A stretch of 61,442 nt of DNA from an archaeon. GTDB taxonomy: Archaea > Nanobdellota > Nanobdellia > Woesearchaeales > GW2011-AR4. Shown here piece after piece: positions 1 to 10,429 of this stretch. The notes under the pieces were generated by a model that was given only the letters and a program-made list of their open reading frames with translations, was not told the origin of the DNA and made no database searches. The stretch lies in assembly GCA_002688925.1 (NCBI GenBank), contig NZEC01000006.1, positions 27,385-88,826 on the forward strand, in the 5' to 3' direction. The translations under genes were made by a program, and so were the position numbers. Positions within the stretch are counted from its first letter, which is position 1. Every line of letters starts with the position of its first letter.

Positions 1-96
1 TGAATATATCAGTAAATTTATCGATAGATTTATATGCTGGTTAATCAAAGTATACTTTTATGGTATCTGGAAGATGCATTTTATACAAAGAAATCC
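1..96. repeat. left copy of a diverged 96-nt direct repeat that also ends the window (61347-61442)
   Basis: Ungapped hand alignment of 1-96 with 61347-61442 gives 83/96 identical bases. The segment corresponds to the 3' end and downstream flank of ORF 61081-61386, so the window starts inside a paralogous copy. Confidence 0.8.
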
Positions 97-250
97 TGGA
101 TCTGGTAAACCCAAGTGCAGAAATATGCCAATGAAAACAAACTACCAACACAAAATGAAAAAAAATCAAAGTAATTCTTGAAGAAAAATCAGAACATTAA
201 ACCAATAATAGAAAAATTTATATGCTCAATAACCAAAAAATAGAAAATAG

Positions 251-541
251 ATGAAAATAACCATAGATACAAAAGAGGACAGCCATGAAGAGCTGAGAAA
301 GGTAATTAAGATGCTTTCTTCTTTAGTCGGGCAGGAAGTCATGAGCAACAATGGAGATATTTTTAATAGCGGCGAAGACACCAGTAATCAAGACGACAGC
401 CAGGAAGCCACTCAATCTGGAAATGATATGTTTAACATGTTCAGCGGCAATTCCGAAACTAAGGCTGAAGATACAACAGAAAACAAGGAAGAAGAAAAAG
501 AGGATGTTGATTTAGGAATTCCAAAAGTAGAAGAGTATTAG
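251..541 (+). CDS. hypothetical small acidic protein (96 aa)
   Basis: ATG-initiated ORF with a Ser/Asn/Asp/Glu-rich low-complexity C-terminal half. No family recognised. Confidence 0.4.
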   Translation: MKITIDTKEDSHEELRKVIKMLSSLVGQEVMSNNGDIFNSGEDTSNQDDSQEATQSGNDMFNMFSGNSETKAEDTTENKEEEKEDVDLGIPKVEEY

Positions 542-1182
542 ATTTCTATTATCTTTCCTTTCTTGCCGACATTAATCACTTTTGTGTTCCCTATCTTCTC
601 TTCTATTCCTTCAGCTTCATGCACATGGCTGCAAAGTAAAATATCGGGATGCAGTTTTTCCACAGCCTTCCTGAGGCCTGGGCTTCCGGGGAAATATTTT
701 GTAAATTTCTCTATCTTGCTTCCGGAAGGATGAACGTGAGCTACCATGATTTTTTTGCTTAAATACTTTATTTTGTCAAAGCCTTTTTTCAACAGGCCAT
801 AAATCTCATCCTCTTCCAGTTGAAATAATCCTATATTGGCGCCTCCGCACCCAAACAATCCAACATCCTTGTACTTTACAGAATAGCCATGTAAATTCTT
901 AACCCCATATAATTCAGATAAAAAATCAGCAGTAGCGACTGTTTCATGGTTTCCTGGTATAAGCAATACCTTTTCCTTTCTTTTTGTAAATGGCCCTATC
1001 AGATTTTCTGTAGACTGCTCAGCCATCGTAATATCCCCGCACAATATTACAAGATCAACATGCTCCTTCTTGGCTCTCTCAGCAAGCTTCTCTGCAATGC
1101 TGATATCTCCATGTATGTCCCCTGCAGCAAGTATTTTTAATTTACTATTCATGTCTTTATTTTCTTCTTTTGCTTTTGTCAT
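538..1182 (-). CDS. calcineurin-like metallophosphoesterase
   Basis: Motifs AAGDIHGD, CGDIT, PGNHE, AHVHP and SHVHE. The ORF-track start at 1263 overlaps the mdh 3' end, so an internal Met at 1182 (alternative 1152) is preferred. Confidence 0.75.
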   Translation of the reverse strand: MTKAKEENKDMNSKLKILAAGDIHGDISIAEKLAERAKKEHVDLVILCGDITMAEQSTENLIGPFTKRKEKVLLIPGNHETVATADFLSELYGVKNLHGYSVKYKDVGLFGCGGANIGLFQLEEDEIYGLLKKGFDKIKYLSKKIMVAHVHPSGSKIEKFTKYFPGSPGLRKAVEKLHPDILLCSHVHEAEGIEEKIGNTKVINVGKKGKIIEI

Positions 1183-1253
1183 GTTAAATAAAGGTAAGAA
1201 ATAGCGTTTAAAAAGTTTCTTGTTTTCATGGTTGGTGTTAAAGCCATTGCTCC

Positions 1254-2189
1254 TTATAAACACTTCTCAGCTTCTCCAATTAATTTCCTGATATGCCCTA
1301 CAGATTCCTCAAAATCCTTTTTTTCCCTGGATGATAATTTCAGCTCAATGATTTTCTCAATACCATTATTTCCTATAACAACAGGAACATTAACAAAACA
1401 GCCATTCACATCATATTCCTTATCGCAGTAAGCGCTGCACGATAAAATTCTCTTTTTGTCTTTTAGTATTGCCTCAGCAATTTCTGCAACACCTGCTCCC
1501 GGAGCATAAGAAGTAGATAATGTTTTTAACAGGTTTATGACCTCTTTTCCGCCTTTCTTTGTCCTTTCCACAAGAGCATCTATTTTTCCCTTTGGCAACA
1601 GCTCAGGCAATAGAATTCCCCCTACTGAAGAATGTCCTGGCAATGGCAACATCAAATCACTATGGCTCCCGATAACAATAGCATTAACATCATTAACAGA
1701 GGCATCAAGCTCTTCAGCTATAAATGTCCTAAACCTTGTTGAATCCAAATTTCCGGCCATGCCTATGACTTTATTTTTTTTGAATCCACTAATCTTAAAA
1801 GCAAGATAAACCATTGCATCTACGGGATTGGTAACAACAATCAAAAATGAATCCGGGGCATATTTGGCTATTTTTTCAGTAACTTCTTCGGTGATTTTTG
1901 TATTTATCTGCATTAAGTCTTCCCTGTTCATCCCTGGCTTTCTCGGCATGCCTGCTGTCAGAACAACTATATCTGAATCTTTGATCTTACTAAAATCATT
2001 TGTCCCGTTGATATCAACATCAAATCCTATTACTGGCCCTGCTTCCAATAAGTCAAGGGCTTTGCCTTTAGCCATATCTTCATTAATATCAACTAATAAT
2101 ATATCAGCAAGCTCTTTTGAAGCTATCCAATGGGCTGCTGTAGCTCCCACGCCGCCAGCCCCTATTATTGATATTTTTGGCCTTGGCAT
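1254..2189 (-). CDS. mdh: malate dehydrogenase (LDH-like MDH family)
   Basis: Rossmann loop IIGAGGVGAT. TAGMPRKPGMNREDL carries Arg at the substrate-discriminating position. NPVD is present. Start placed at Met11, which is preceded by GAGAGGT. Confidence 0.85.
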   Translation of the reverse strand: MPRPKISIIGAGGVGATAAHWIASKELADILLVDINEDMAKGKALDLLEAGPVIGFDVDINGTNDFSKIKDSDIVVLTAGMPRKPGMNREDLMQINTKITEEVTEKIAKYAPDSFLIVVTNPVDAMVYLAFKISGFKKNKVIGMAGNLDSTRFRTFIAEELDASVNDVNAIVIGSHSDLMLPLPGHSSVGGILLPELLPKGKIDALVERTKKGGKEVINLLKTLSTSYAPGAGVAEIAEAILKDKKRILSCSAYCDKEYDVNGCFVNVPVVIGNNGIEKIIELKLSSREKKDFEESVGHIRKLIGEAEKCL

Positions 2190-2193
2190 TTTA

Positions 2194-2763
2194 TTACCTC
2201 TCAATAACCTTAACCTCATCCGTCAAATCAACAATTTTGCTTGGCCTTCCCTTGATGGCATCCTCATAAACAATAAAATCAACCTTGCTTTTTATGTCTG
2301 TATCCAAATCATTTAAAGAAGTCATGAAATCAGAGCCTGTTTTGTTTACAGACGTTGTTATGATTGGTAATCCAATTTCACTTGCAAAATTACTAAACCA
2401 ATGATCAGGTATTCTTACTCCCAATGTATCTGTATTCGGAGCAACATTCTCTGCAACACAATCTTTTTTTCGCTTTAGAATCAAAGTATAAGGTCCGGGC
2501 AGCCTTTTTATCCATTCCCGTGCATTTTCATTAACAACGCAGTGCTCATCAATCCATTCCTTGGATGGAGCAATAACAGAAAACGGGCTTCCATTCCTTT
2601 CTTTTATCTTTCTTATCTTGTCTACTGCTTCTTTATTAACAGCGCTGCATCCTATCCCATAAATTGTATCAGTAGGGTAGATAAACACAACATTATTTTC
2701 AATCAAACTGGTTCTAATAATGTCTTTCTCGCTTTCAAACTCCTCTTTGCTCAGAATCCTCAT
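2194..2763 (-). CDS. tsaC: threonylcarbamoyl-AMP synthase, single-domain YrdC/TsaC type
   Basis: VFIYPTDTIYGIGC and LGVRIPDH motifs. About 190 aa from the internal Met MRILSKEEF. Confidence 0.75.
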   Translation of the reverse strand: MRILSKEEFESEKDIIRTSLIENNVVFIYPTDTIYGIGCSAVNKEAVDKIRKIKERNGSPFSVIAPSKEWIDEHCVVNENAREWIKRLPGPYTLILKRKKDCVAENVAPNTDTLGVRIPDHWFSNFASEIGLPIITTSVNKTGSDFMTSLNDLDTDIKSKVDFIVYEDAIKGRPSKIVDLTDEVKVIER

Positions 2764-2848
2764 AAAAAAAGAGAATTTAAGAGTATTTTTATATGTTGCG
2801 TTATAAAGGACTCGCAAATTGATGCTACCTATATCTTCTACAGAGCCA

Positions 2849-2980
2849 TCATAGATTCCTTATACTTTGTTTTCTCACGCTCTGCTGCCAATAAAAATTC
2901 TCAATAAAATCAATCTTTGCCTTATAATCCTTCCACTCCACAAAATGTTTTTTAAAGCCAAAAAGCTTAAACATTTTCAT
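2849..2980 (-). CDS. small basic ORF c (43 aa), third of three tandem mini-ORFs
   Basis: Hand translation: MKMFKLFGFKKHFVEWKDYKAKIDFIENFYWQQSVRKQSIRNL. Its ATG overlaps the stop of ORF b (ATGA). Confidence 0.3.
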   Translation of the reverse strand: MKMFKLFGFKKHFVEWKDYKAKIDFIENFYWQQSVRKQSIRNL

Positions 2981-3087
2981 GCACTCAAATAGCCTATCAT
3001 AAAGCCCTGCTCCATTGAGCTTATACTGTCCTCATCAACATATTCTTCTATTCCTTGCTCAGTATATATATCCAGTTCTTCTTCCAT
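2977..3087 (-). CDS. small acidic ORF b (36 aa)
   Basis: Hand translation: MEEELDIYTEQGIEEYVDEDSISSMEQGFMIGYLSA. AGAGGTGAT lies 4 nt upstream of the ATG. Confidence 0.3.
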   Translation of the reverse strand: MEEELDIYTEQGIEEYVDEDSISSMEQGFMIGYLSA

Positions 3088-3106
3088 TCCAATCACCTCT
3101 TATTTT

Positions 3107-3226
3107 TTAGTTTTTTTCCAGTAATTTGCCGGAAAACTGCAAATCAAAACTATCCTGCGTCTTTAAAGTCAATTCCTTGATCTGCCTGTAAAACAAATCC
3201 TTTATTGTTTCATTGCTTAGGTCCAT
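3107..3226 (-). CDS. small ORF a (39 aa)
   Basis: Hand translation: MDLSNETIKDLFYRQIKELTLKTQDSFDLQFSGKLLEKN. GAGGTGA lies 7 nt upstream of the ATG. Confidence 0.3.
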   Translation of the reverse strand: MDLSNETIKDLFYRQIKELTLKTQDSFDLQFSGKLLEKN

Positions 3227-3437
3227 TTTTTATTCACCTCATTTTTATTTGAAAAGTTTATATACCAATATTACTCATAACATTTTGAGGGCATCAAACT
3301 CCTGTTCCGCCAGGTTAGCGGGCTTTTTTTATTTTTAATAAAAATTGGGTTTGGGGCAGGAAATGTTTAGGGGTGAATTTTTCCTGCCAGCCTCCCAAAA
3401 ACATAATACTATGTTAATATTCAAATTCATTTATATA

Positions 3438-3490
3438 CCTCGCGCGAGGATGTCCAGTGCTAAGAAATGCCGTCGGTAACCACTGGACAT
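3438..3490 (+). repeat. GC palindrome CCTCGCGCGAGG followed by a 10-bp-stem hairpin; possible mini derivative of the stem-bounded element family
   Basis: The palindrome spans 3438-3449. ATGTCCAGTG (3450-3459) pairs with CACTGGACAT (3481-3490). The hairpin carries CCAGTGCT...AAATGCC...CACTGG, resembling the element termini. A similar architecture occurs at 53822-53888. Confidence 0.5.
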
Positions 3491-3549
3491 TATTTATTTT
3501 CAATAGTGAAAGAAATAACTTTTATATATAACAAAAATTACCAATATTC

Positions 3550-3819
3550 ATGCAAAGAGCCCACATCATAGTTCATGGCTTGGTCCAGGGAGTATTTTTC
3601 AGGCACAATACTAAAAAGCTAGCCTTAGATCTGGGATTAAAAGGCTTTGCAAGAAATAATGATGATGGCACAGTAGAGATTATTGCTCAAGGACATGATG
3701 ATAAGATAAAAGAATTGATTGAATTCTGCAAAACAGGCCCAAAATCAGCAAAAGTAAGCAAAATTGATGTAAAATTTGAAAATCCAAAAAATGATTTTAA
3801 TTCCTTTGAAGTAATATAA
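3550..3819 (+). CDS. acyP: acylphosphatase
   Basis: HGLVQGVFFRHNT and GFARNNDDGTVEI signatures in an 89-aa protein. Confidence 0.85.
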   Translation: MQRAHIIVHGLVQGVFFRHNTKKLALDLGLKGFARNNDDGTVEIIAQGHDDKIKELIEFCKTGPKSAKVSKIDVKFENPKNDFNSFEVI

Positions 3820-3917
3820 TAAAAACCTGTTTTTTCTGTTTATTAACGGGAAATACCCAAAAATATTTAAATAAGCTCCAAATTATCGTCCATAATAAAA
3901 TAAAAAGGTGGTTAAAC

Positions 3918-4163
3918 ATGGGAAAAGTAATTAATAAAGCCGGAGTAAAGAGAGAGAAAGGATATCTTTATTTTCTGGACAAGAAAGGAAATGTTGCCAA
4001 AGTGGCAATGAAAAGAGCCGGAAAAAAGGCAAATAAAAAGCAGACATGTGTTGCCAAGACAGGAATCAAGAGAAAGTCAGGATACCTGTATTATATAGAC
4101 AAAAAAGGCAATGTCTGCGAAGCAAAGATGCAGAGAGGCGGAAAGAAAAAGAAAAGAAGGTAA
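3918..4163 (+). CDS. small Lys/Arg-rich protein made of two tandem ~35-aa repeats
   Basis: The two repeats are KAGVKREKGYLYFLDKKGNVAKVAMKRAGKKANKK and KTGIKRKSGYLYYIDKKGNVCEAKMQRGGKKKKRR. GGTGG lies upstream of the ATG. Confidence 0.6.
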   Translation: MGKVINKAGVKREKGYLYFLDKKGNVAKVAMKRAGKKANKKQTCVAKTGIKRKSGYLYYIDKKGNVCEAKMQRGGKKKKRR

Positions 4164-4166
4164 TTC

Positions 4167-4188
4167 TTTTTTTATTTTTTTTATTTTT
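4167..4188 (+). terminator. oligo-T tracts (T7, T8, T5) downstream of 3918-4163
   Basis: Archaeal termination typically uses T-runs, and three runs lie within 25 nt of the stop codon. Confidence 0.35.
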
Positions 4189-4225
4189 GAATAAATTTTT
4201 AAATAACAAATTATTTCTATTCACC

Positions 4226-4513
4226 ATGGCTACTAAAGAAGATATTATCAAAGCCCTGAAAAAAGTTAATGATCCTGATATAGGCATTGACATATGGACT
4301 TTAGGGTTTATTTACAATATCGAGATTAAAGAGCCAATAGTAAACATCAAGATGACCTTAACATCTCCAATGTGCCCTTACGCTCCTATGCTGATAGAAG
4401 AAGTCAAGACAAAAGTAAAGGAGATCAAAGGAATAAGTGAAGTGAATGTTGAGATGGTCTTTGACCCGCCATGGGAGCCTTCTGAAGAATTAAGGGCAAC
4501 TTTAGGTGTTTAA
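4226..4513 (+). CDS. DUF59/MIP18 (SufT-like) Fe-S assembly domain protein
   Basis: VNDPDIGIDIWTLGFIY and LTSPMCPYAP motifs. Start at MATKED; the longer ORF-track start runs through a T-rich spacer. Confidence 0.7.
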   Translation: MATKEDIIKALKKVNDPDIGIDIWTLGFIYNIEIKEPIVNIKMTLTSPMCPYAPMLIEEVKTKVKEIKGISEVNVEMVFDPPWEPSEELRATLGV

Positions 4514-4573
4514 GAAAATAATATTTTTTAAAAAACTTATAATTTTTTTTATAATTATTACCTTAATTTTAAA

Positions 4574-5647
4574 TCAGAACTCAGTCAGTTTCTTTGTCGG
4601 GCTTGCATACTTTACAATGCTTGTATTTCCATCCTTTCCGCCGCTTGTCTTTTTGACAGTTACAAACTTGTTCTTCTGCAATTTGTCAATTTTCCTTTGA
4701 AATGACTTGTAACCTAAATCTCCGCCTTTTGCTTTATAGATATCAAACAATTCCCCTATCTTTTTTTCCGTATTTTTTTTAATTATCTCAAGTATTTTCT
4801 GCTCATCTTCGATCAAATCAGAGCTTTTTTTTATTGTAAAATTGTCTGTTTTTTTCACTGCCTCTTCTGCATGCCCTAAAGTTATTTTCCTGCATGATTT
4901 GTCTTCTGCTATGTTGGCAGATTCCTTCATCAAATACATACCTAATCTCATATCCTGAGCATCTGCAGTTTTCTTTACAATCATCTCAAATGCATCCTTA
5001 TCCAAAACATTGGGAACAAATGCATATCCTGACCTCTGCCTTAAGATGTCTCTTGTCTCTGCAAGGTTGTATGGCTTGAATTCCAGCATCTCTGACATAA
5101 GCCTTGACTTTATCCTGTCATCAAGATTCTCTATCCAATCACTGTAGTTTGTAATAAGCAAAACTGTTTTTTTGTATATATCCTCTAAAATTGCGTATAA
5201 GAAGTCAAAGTCCTCTAATTTGTCTATTTCATCAAAAGCAAAAACAGCAGCCTTTTTATTCAGCATGTTTTTTATCACTGCAAATAATTCCTCTGTCCTC
5301 TTGTTATGGGTTAATCTATAGCCAAGAATCTCGCATATCTCTACAATAATTTTAAACGTAGTATTTTTCTGCCAGCAATTGATATATATCGGAACAACCT
5401 CATCTGTTTCCTCTTCAAGCTCATTAAGCACAAACCTTATTGCAGCTGTTTTCCCAATGCCAGGAGCGCCATAAATAAACAAATTTTTCCCGTTCTTCCC
5501 TATCAATAATGGCTTTACGCAAGCTGCCACATGCCTCTGCTGCTCCTCGCGATGAGGCAGTATTTTTGGCATAAAGCTGTACTCTAATGCAAGCTCATTC
5601 TTAAAAAGCGACTCATCTGAACCGAGCATATCCTTGAATAAAGTCAT
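4574..5647 (-). CDS. cdc6: Orc1/Cdc6 replication initiator
   Basis: AAA+ Walker A GAPGIGKT, Walker B FAFDEID and a C-terminal winged-helix-like tail. AGGGGTG lies upstream of the ATG. Confidence 0.9.
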   Translation of the reverse strand: MTLFKDMLGSDESLFKNELALEYSFMPKILPHREEQQRHVAACVKPLLIGKNGKNLFIYGAPGIGKTAAIRFVLNELEEETDEVVPIYINCWQKNTTFKIIVEICEILGYRLTHNKRTEELFAVIKNMLNKKAAVFAFDEIDKLEDFDFLYAILEDIYKKTVLLITNYSDWIENLDDRIKSRLMSEMLEFKPYNLAETRDILRQRSGYAFVPNVLDKDAFEMIVKKTADAQDMRLGMYLMKESANIAEDKSCRKITLGHAEEAVKKTDNFTIKKSSDLIEDEQKILEIIKKNTEKKIGELFDIYKAKGGDLGYKSFQRKIDKLQKNKFVTVKKTSGGKDGNTSIVKYASPTKKLTEF

Positions 5648-5721
5648 AAAACACCCCTAAACATGATTAAAATATTTATGGTATTTATTTGTTTTGTTTT
5701 TTATAGGGTCAACATTAAAAC

Positions 5722-5820
5722 AAGTGCTTATGCGTAAATTGCCAATGAAGCAAGCTCCGCAGGATATGTTATACGACCTGAGCAACGCATAGCGTTGCGA
5801 AGGGCCCCGCATAAGCACTT
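5722..5820 (+). repeat. stem-bounded element, copy A (short form)
   Basis: Perfect 13-bp terminal stem AAGTGCTTATGCG/CGCATAAGCACTT. Internal hairpin GCAACGC-ATA-GCGTTGC at 5782-5798. Lacks the TTGAGAAG...CTAAG block present in copies B-E. Confidence 0.85.
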
Positions 5821-5867
5821 ATTTTGTTAATAACCTAATTTTCCCAAAAGAAATCATCTAAAAAACC

Positions 5868-6182
5868 TTATTTCACGCATTTCCCATCAAAACACGTACC
5901 TTCCCTGCACCCGCAAAGCTCGCAGTAATCGACTAATTTCCCATTATCGCAGTACTTTGATTTTATTATAGTGGAACATTCCTGGTAAAGGCTTCCATCA
6001 GCGCAGCTTCCCTGCCCCATCTGGCTTAAATCAAAAGAATCAGCAACCTGTTCATTCTCCAAAACCACAAAACCAGTAGTTTCCGGTTCTGATGTAAACA
6101 AACCCAGTAAAGTTACAACCAGCAGCACTGAAAGCAGCATCCCATAATAATTTCCCTTTTTATTGAACATAATCCTGTTCAA
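5868..6182 (-). CDS. small secreted/membrane-anchored protein with an 8-Cys C-terminal module
   Basis: N-terminal hydrophobic segment. The C-terminus reads CADGSLYQEC...YCDNGKLVDYCELCGCREGTCFDGKC. Confidence 0.55.
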   Translation of the reverse strand: MNRIMFNKKGNYYGMLLSVLLVVTLLGLFTSEPETTGFVVLENEQVADSFDLSQMGQGSCADGSLYQECSTIIKSKYCDNGKLVDYCELCGCREGTCFDGKCVK

Positions 6183-6212
6183 TATTCAAAATTTAAATAT
6201 GTTTCGTTTTGG

Positions 6213-7073
6213 TTAGCTTAAATTTTTCTCAAAAAATCCCAAGACCCTGTTTTCATATTCTTCCTTATTCAGTGCATAAGTCTGTCCATGTCCTGCATTT
6301 TCCACAATCCAAAGCTCTGTTTTTTTGTTTGCATTATACAATATCTGCGCTTCATTAGCATCTATTTGCCTGTCTTTCTTTCCATGAATAATAAATATAG
6401 ACTTATTTTTCTTTTTAATATCAGTTGCAGGGCTTACATCTTTAATATCAATGCCAAAAAATAGTTTGCTATAAATTCTTGTCAATAAGACAAAGGGCGG
6501 TTTTAAGAAATAAAAATTCCTATACATACTTTCTATCATATTGTTTAAGTTCGAATATGCGCTGTCAGAAACAATTGCATCAATGTTTTCATTTTTATTC
6601 ATGATAGCTACAGCGCCACCCAATGAAAATCCCAAAGCGCCAATATTCCCTGTATCCTCTCTTGTTTTTAAGTAAGAAACCGCTCCATCCAAATCATTGA
6701 CTTCTTTGAAGCCGGCAGTTGTATATTTTCCCTCGCTTTCACCAAAGCTTCTGAAGTCAAATAAGAACACATTGAATTTTTCCAGTAAAAACATGGAAAA
6801 TGGCAGTACATCAGCCTTGTTTGTTGGGTAGCCGTGCATCACAATTATAGTATTATTTCCCTTACCAGGCAAAAACCACCCTTTCAGCTTTAACCCATCA
6901 GAACTTTTGAAAGCAACATTTTCATACTCTAAATCAAGGATTTCAGGAGTAAAATGCGCAGGCCACTTCCCGGGCCTTATAGACATATAAAATGTAAAGA
7001 AGGAAAAGATTATTATAAAAAGGACTATGTAAAGTAAAATCAGAATTGTGTTCCTTGGGATTAAGTTTAACAT
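6213..7073 (-). CDS. alpha/beta hydrolase with N-terminal membrane anchor
   Basis: Nucleophile elbow GFSLGG, followed by IIHGKKD and AGHGQ. Start at MLNLIPRN; the ORF-track start overlaps the purA start region. Confidence 0.7.
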   Translation of the reverse strand: MLNLIPRNTILILLYIVLFIIIFSFFTFYMSIRPGKWPAHFTPEILDLEYENVAFKSSDGLKLKGWFLPGKGNNTIIVMHGYPTNKADVLPFSMFLLEKFNVFLFDFRSFGESEGKYTTAGFKEVNDLDGAVSYLKTREDTGNIGALGFSLGGAVAIMNKNENIDAIVSDSAYSNLNNMIESMYRNFYFLKPPFVLLTRIYSKLFFGIDIKDVSPATDIKKKNKSIFIIHGKKDRQIDANEAQILYNANKKTELWIVENAGHGQTYALNKEEYENRVLGFFEKNLS

Positions 7074-7089
7074 TGATACATTATTATAA

Positions 7090-9404
<2,315 letters not shown>

Positions 9405-9504
9405 TTTAGGTGTTGTAATTGATTTATTTTTTAATTGTAATTTTTATATAGTTTAATATTATTTTAACTCTTATTTTTTATTATTGGAATTTTTTAAATT
9501 GGGT

Positions 9505-9867
9505 TTATTTTTTAGACGGATTGACCAAAAACCCATGCTTCAAAAGGCTAACTCCGACCAGCACTGTATATTTCATATGACTCCTGTCCACCAGAGTGAA
9601 TTCAGTCTTCATTTTTTTCCCTGCAATTAAAATTTCTGCCTCTATTACGGGCCTCAGCTTATTCCCATGCGCAGATTTGACCATTTTTGACTTTATAACA
9701 GGCCCTAGCTTCAGCTTTGTTGCAAGGCCTATATCAATAGAGCTTTTTGTTGCTCCTGTATCAATCTTCGCCATTACTTCTTTTCTATTGCCATTGGTGG
9801 ACAGAAGACCGACATTTTCCGTTAATCCCACGATGATTTTCCCATTGACCTTAGCTCGCTTCTTCAT
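9505..9867 (-). CDS. retropepsin-like / putative ATP-dependent zinc protease (RimK-associated family)
   Basis: KIDTGATKSSID motif. Size and gene neighbourhood are typical of the RimK partner protein. Confidence 0.6.
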   Translation of the reverse strand: MKKRAKVNGKIIVGLTENVGLLSTNGNRKEVMAKIDTGATKSSIDIGLATKLKLGPVIKSKMVKSAHGNKLRPVIEAEILIAGKKMKTEFTLVDRSHMKYTVLVGVSLLKHGFLVNPSKK

Positions 9868-9913
9868 AAGGCAAAAGAGTATTATTTTGGGTTTTTAAGG
9901 TTTTCTAATTTAC

Positions 9914-10426
9914 TCAGCCAAACAAGAAAACAACAATAATATACTTCAGCAGCAATCCAAGAAAGCTGTAAATCACTAGATTCTTGAAATTATACCTTAG
10001 CATCCCAGCTACCAGTGAAAGCACAGAAGAAGACAACGGCAGGGAATTAAACACAAAAACCGTAAGATTGCCGTATTTGTCTATATAGCCTTTAGTTCTT
10101 TTATACCTTTCCTTTCCAATCATCTTATTAATGACCTGCCTGCTTACCAAATAGCCTATAACATAATCAATTATTTGCGCAGCCATTGCAGTTAAAAGTG
10201 CTGCTGTAAGCAATACCGGAAGGTTAAAACCCTCAACAGCATAATATGCAAAAAGAATCTCAACCGGCATAAGCAAAAAGAACAGGTAACCGGAAAAATG
10301 TATTAAAGAAAATGAAAATAAGTCGGGCTGCCTTTCAAGGTAAATCTGCCTTCCTATTGTGAGCGAGGAAATAAGTATCACTACTACCGTAATTAAAATT
10401 GTTGACAGATAAAATTTATTTCGCAT
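9914..10426 (-). CDS. DedA/VTT-family membrane protein
   Basis: Multi-pass hydrophobic profile with a central KERYKRTKGYIDKYGNLTVFVFNSLPL block. Confidence 0.55.
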   Translation of the reverse strand: MRNKFYLSTILITVVVILISSLTIGRQIYLERQPDLFSFSLIHFSGYLFFLLMPVEILFAYYAVEGFNLPVLLTAALLTAMAAQIIDYVIGYLVSRQVINKMIGKERYKRTKGYIDKYGNLTVFVFNSLPLSSSVLSLVAGMLRYNFKNLVIYSFLGLLLKYIIVVFLFG

Positions 10427-10429
10427 AGC

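Noticed and set aside
1828-2316. Long ORFs antisense to clearly identified genes. Examples: 1828-2316, 8350-9087, 21074-21553, 36101-36514, 37278-37841, 45038-45592, 45794-46372, 54395-54883, 57796-58197 and 59211-59729.
   Set aside because: Each lies fully inside a gene with strong family motifs on the other strand. Their translations are low-complexity (Ser/Phe/Leu/Ile-rich) with no motifs or ribosome-binding sites, as is typical of shadow ORFs in AT-rich DNA.
4046-4225. N-terminal extensions given by the ORF track: 4046 for the DUF59 gene, 1263, 2219, 2817, 7196, 13458, 37008, 55056 and 53688.
   Set aside because: The extensions run through T-rich spacers or overlap neighbouring genes. 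Internal Met codons preceded by GGTG/GAGG-type sites give proteins that begin where the family alignments begin.
5744-5791. Short peptide encoded inside the elements (copy A reads MKQAPQDMLYDLSNA-stop).
   Set aside because: Copies B and C lack a start codon in that frame, and copy D has an early stop. Conservation follows base-pairing, not codons.
5771-5803. Hammerhead-like (CUGA...hairpin...GAA) and twister-like (stem-UAA-NNN-GCC-AAU) resemblance within the stem-bounded elements.
   Set aside because: The hammerhead core needs CUGANGA before stem II and a matching stem III and cleavage site, which are not present. The twister-like match is limited to a few bases, and its other conserved blocks (for example AAGC) are not kept in copies C and D. 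It is only worth a covariance-model scan.
5648-5867. Replication origin next to cdc6, with element termini (CCAGTG...) acting as Orc-binding ORB boxes.
   Set aside because: Only a 6-mer overlaps the ORB consensus, and the interior is not an AT-rich unwinding element. The same element occurs five times in 61 kb next to unrelated genes. The spacer contains no repeated ORB-like boxes beyond the element.
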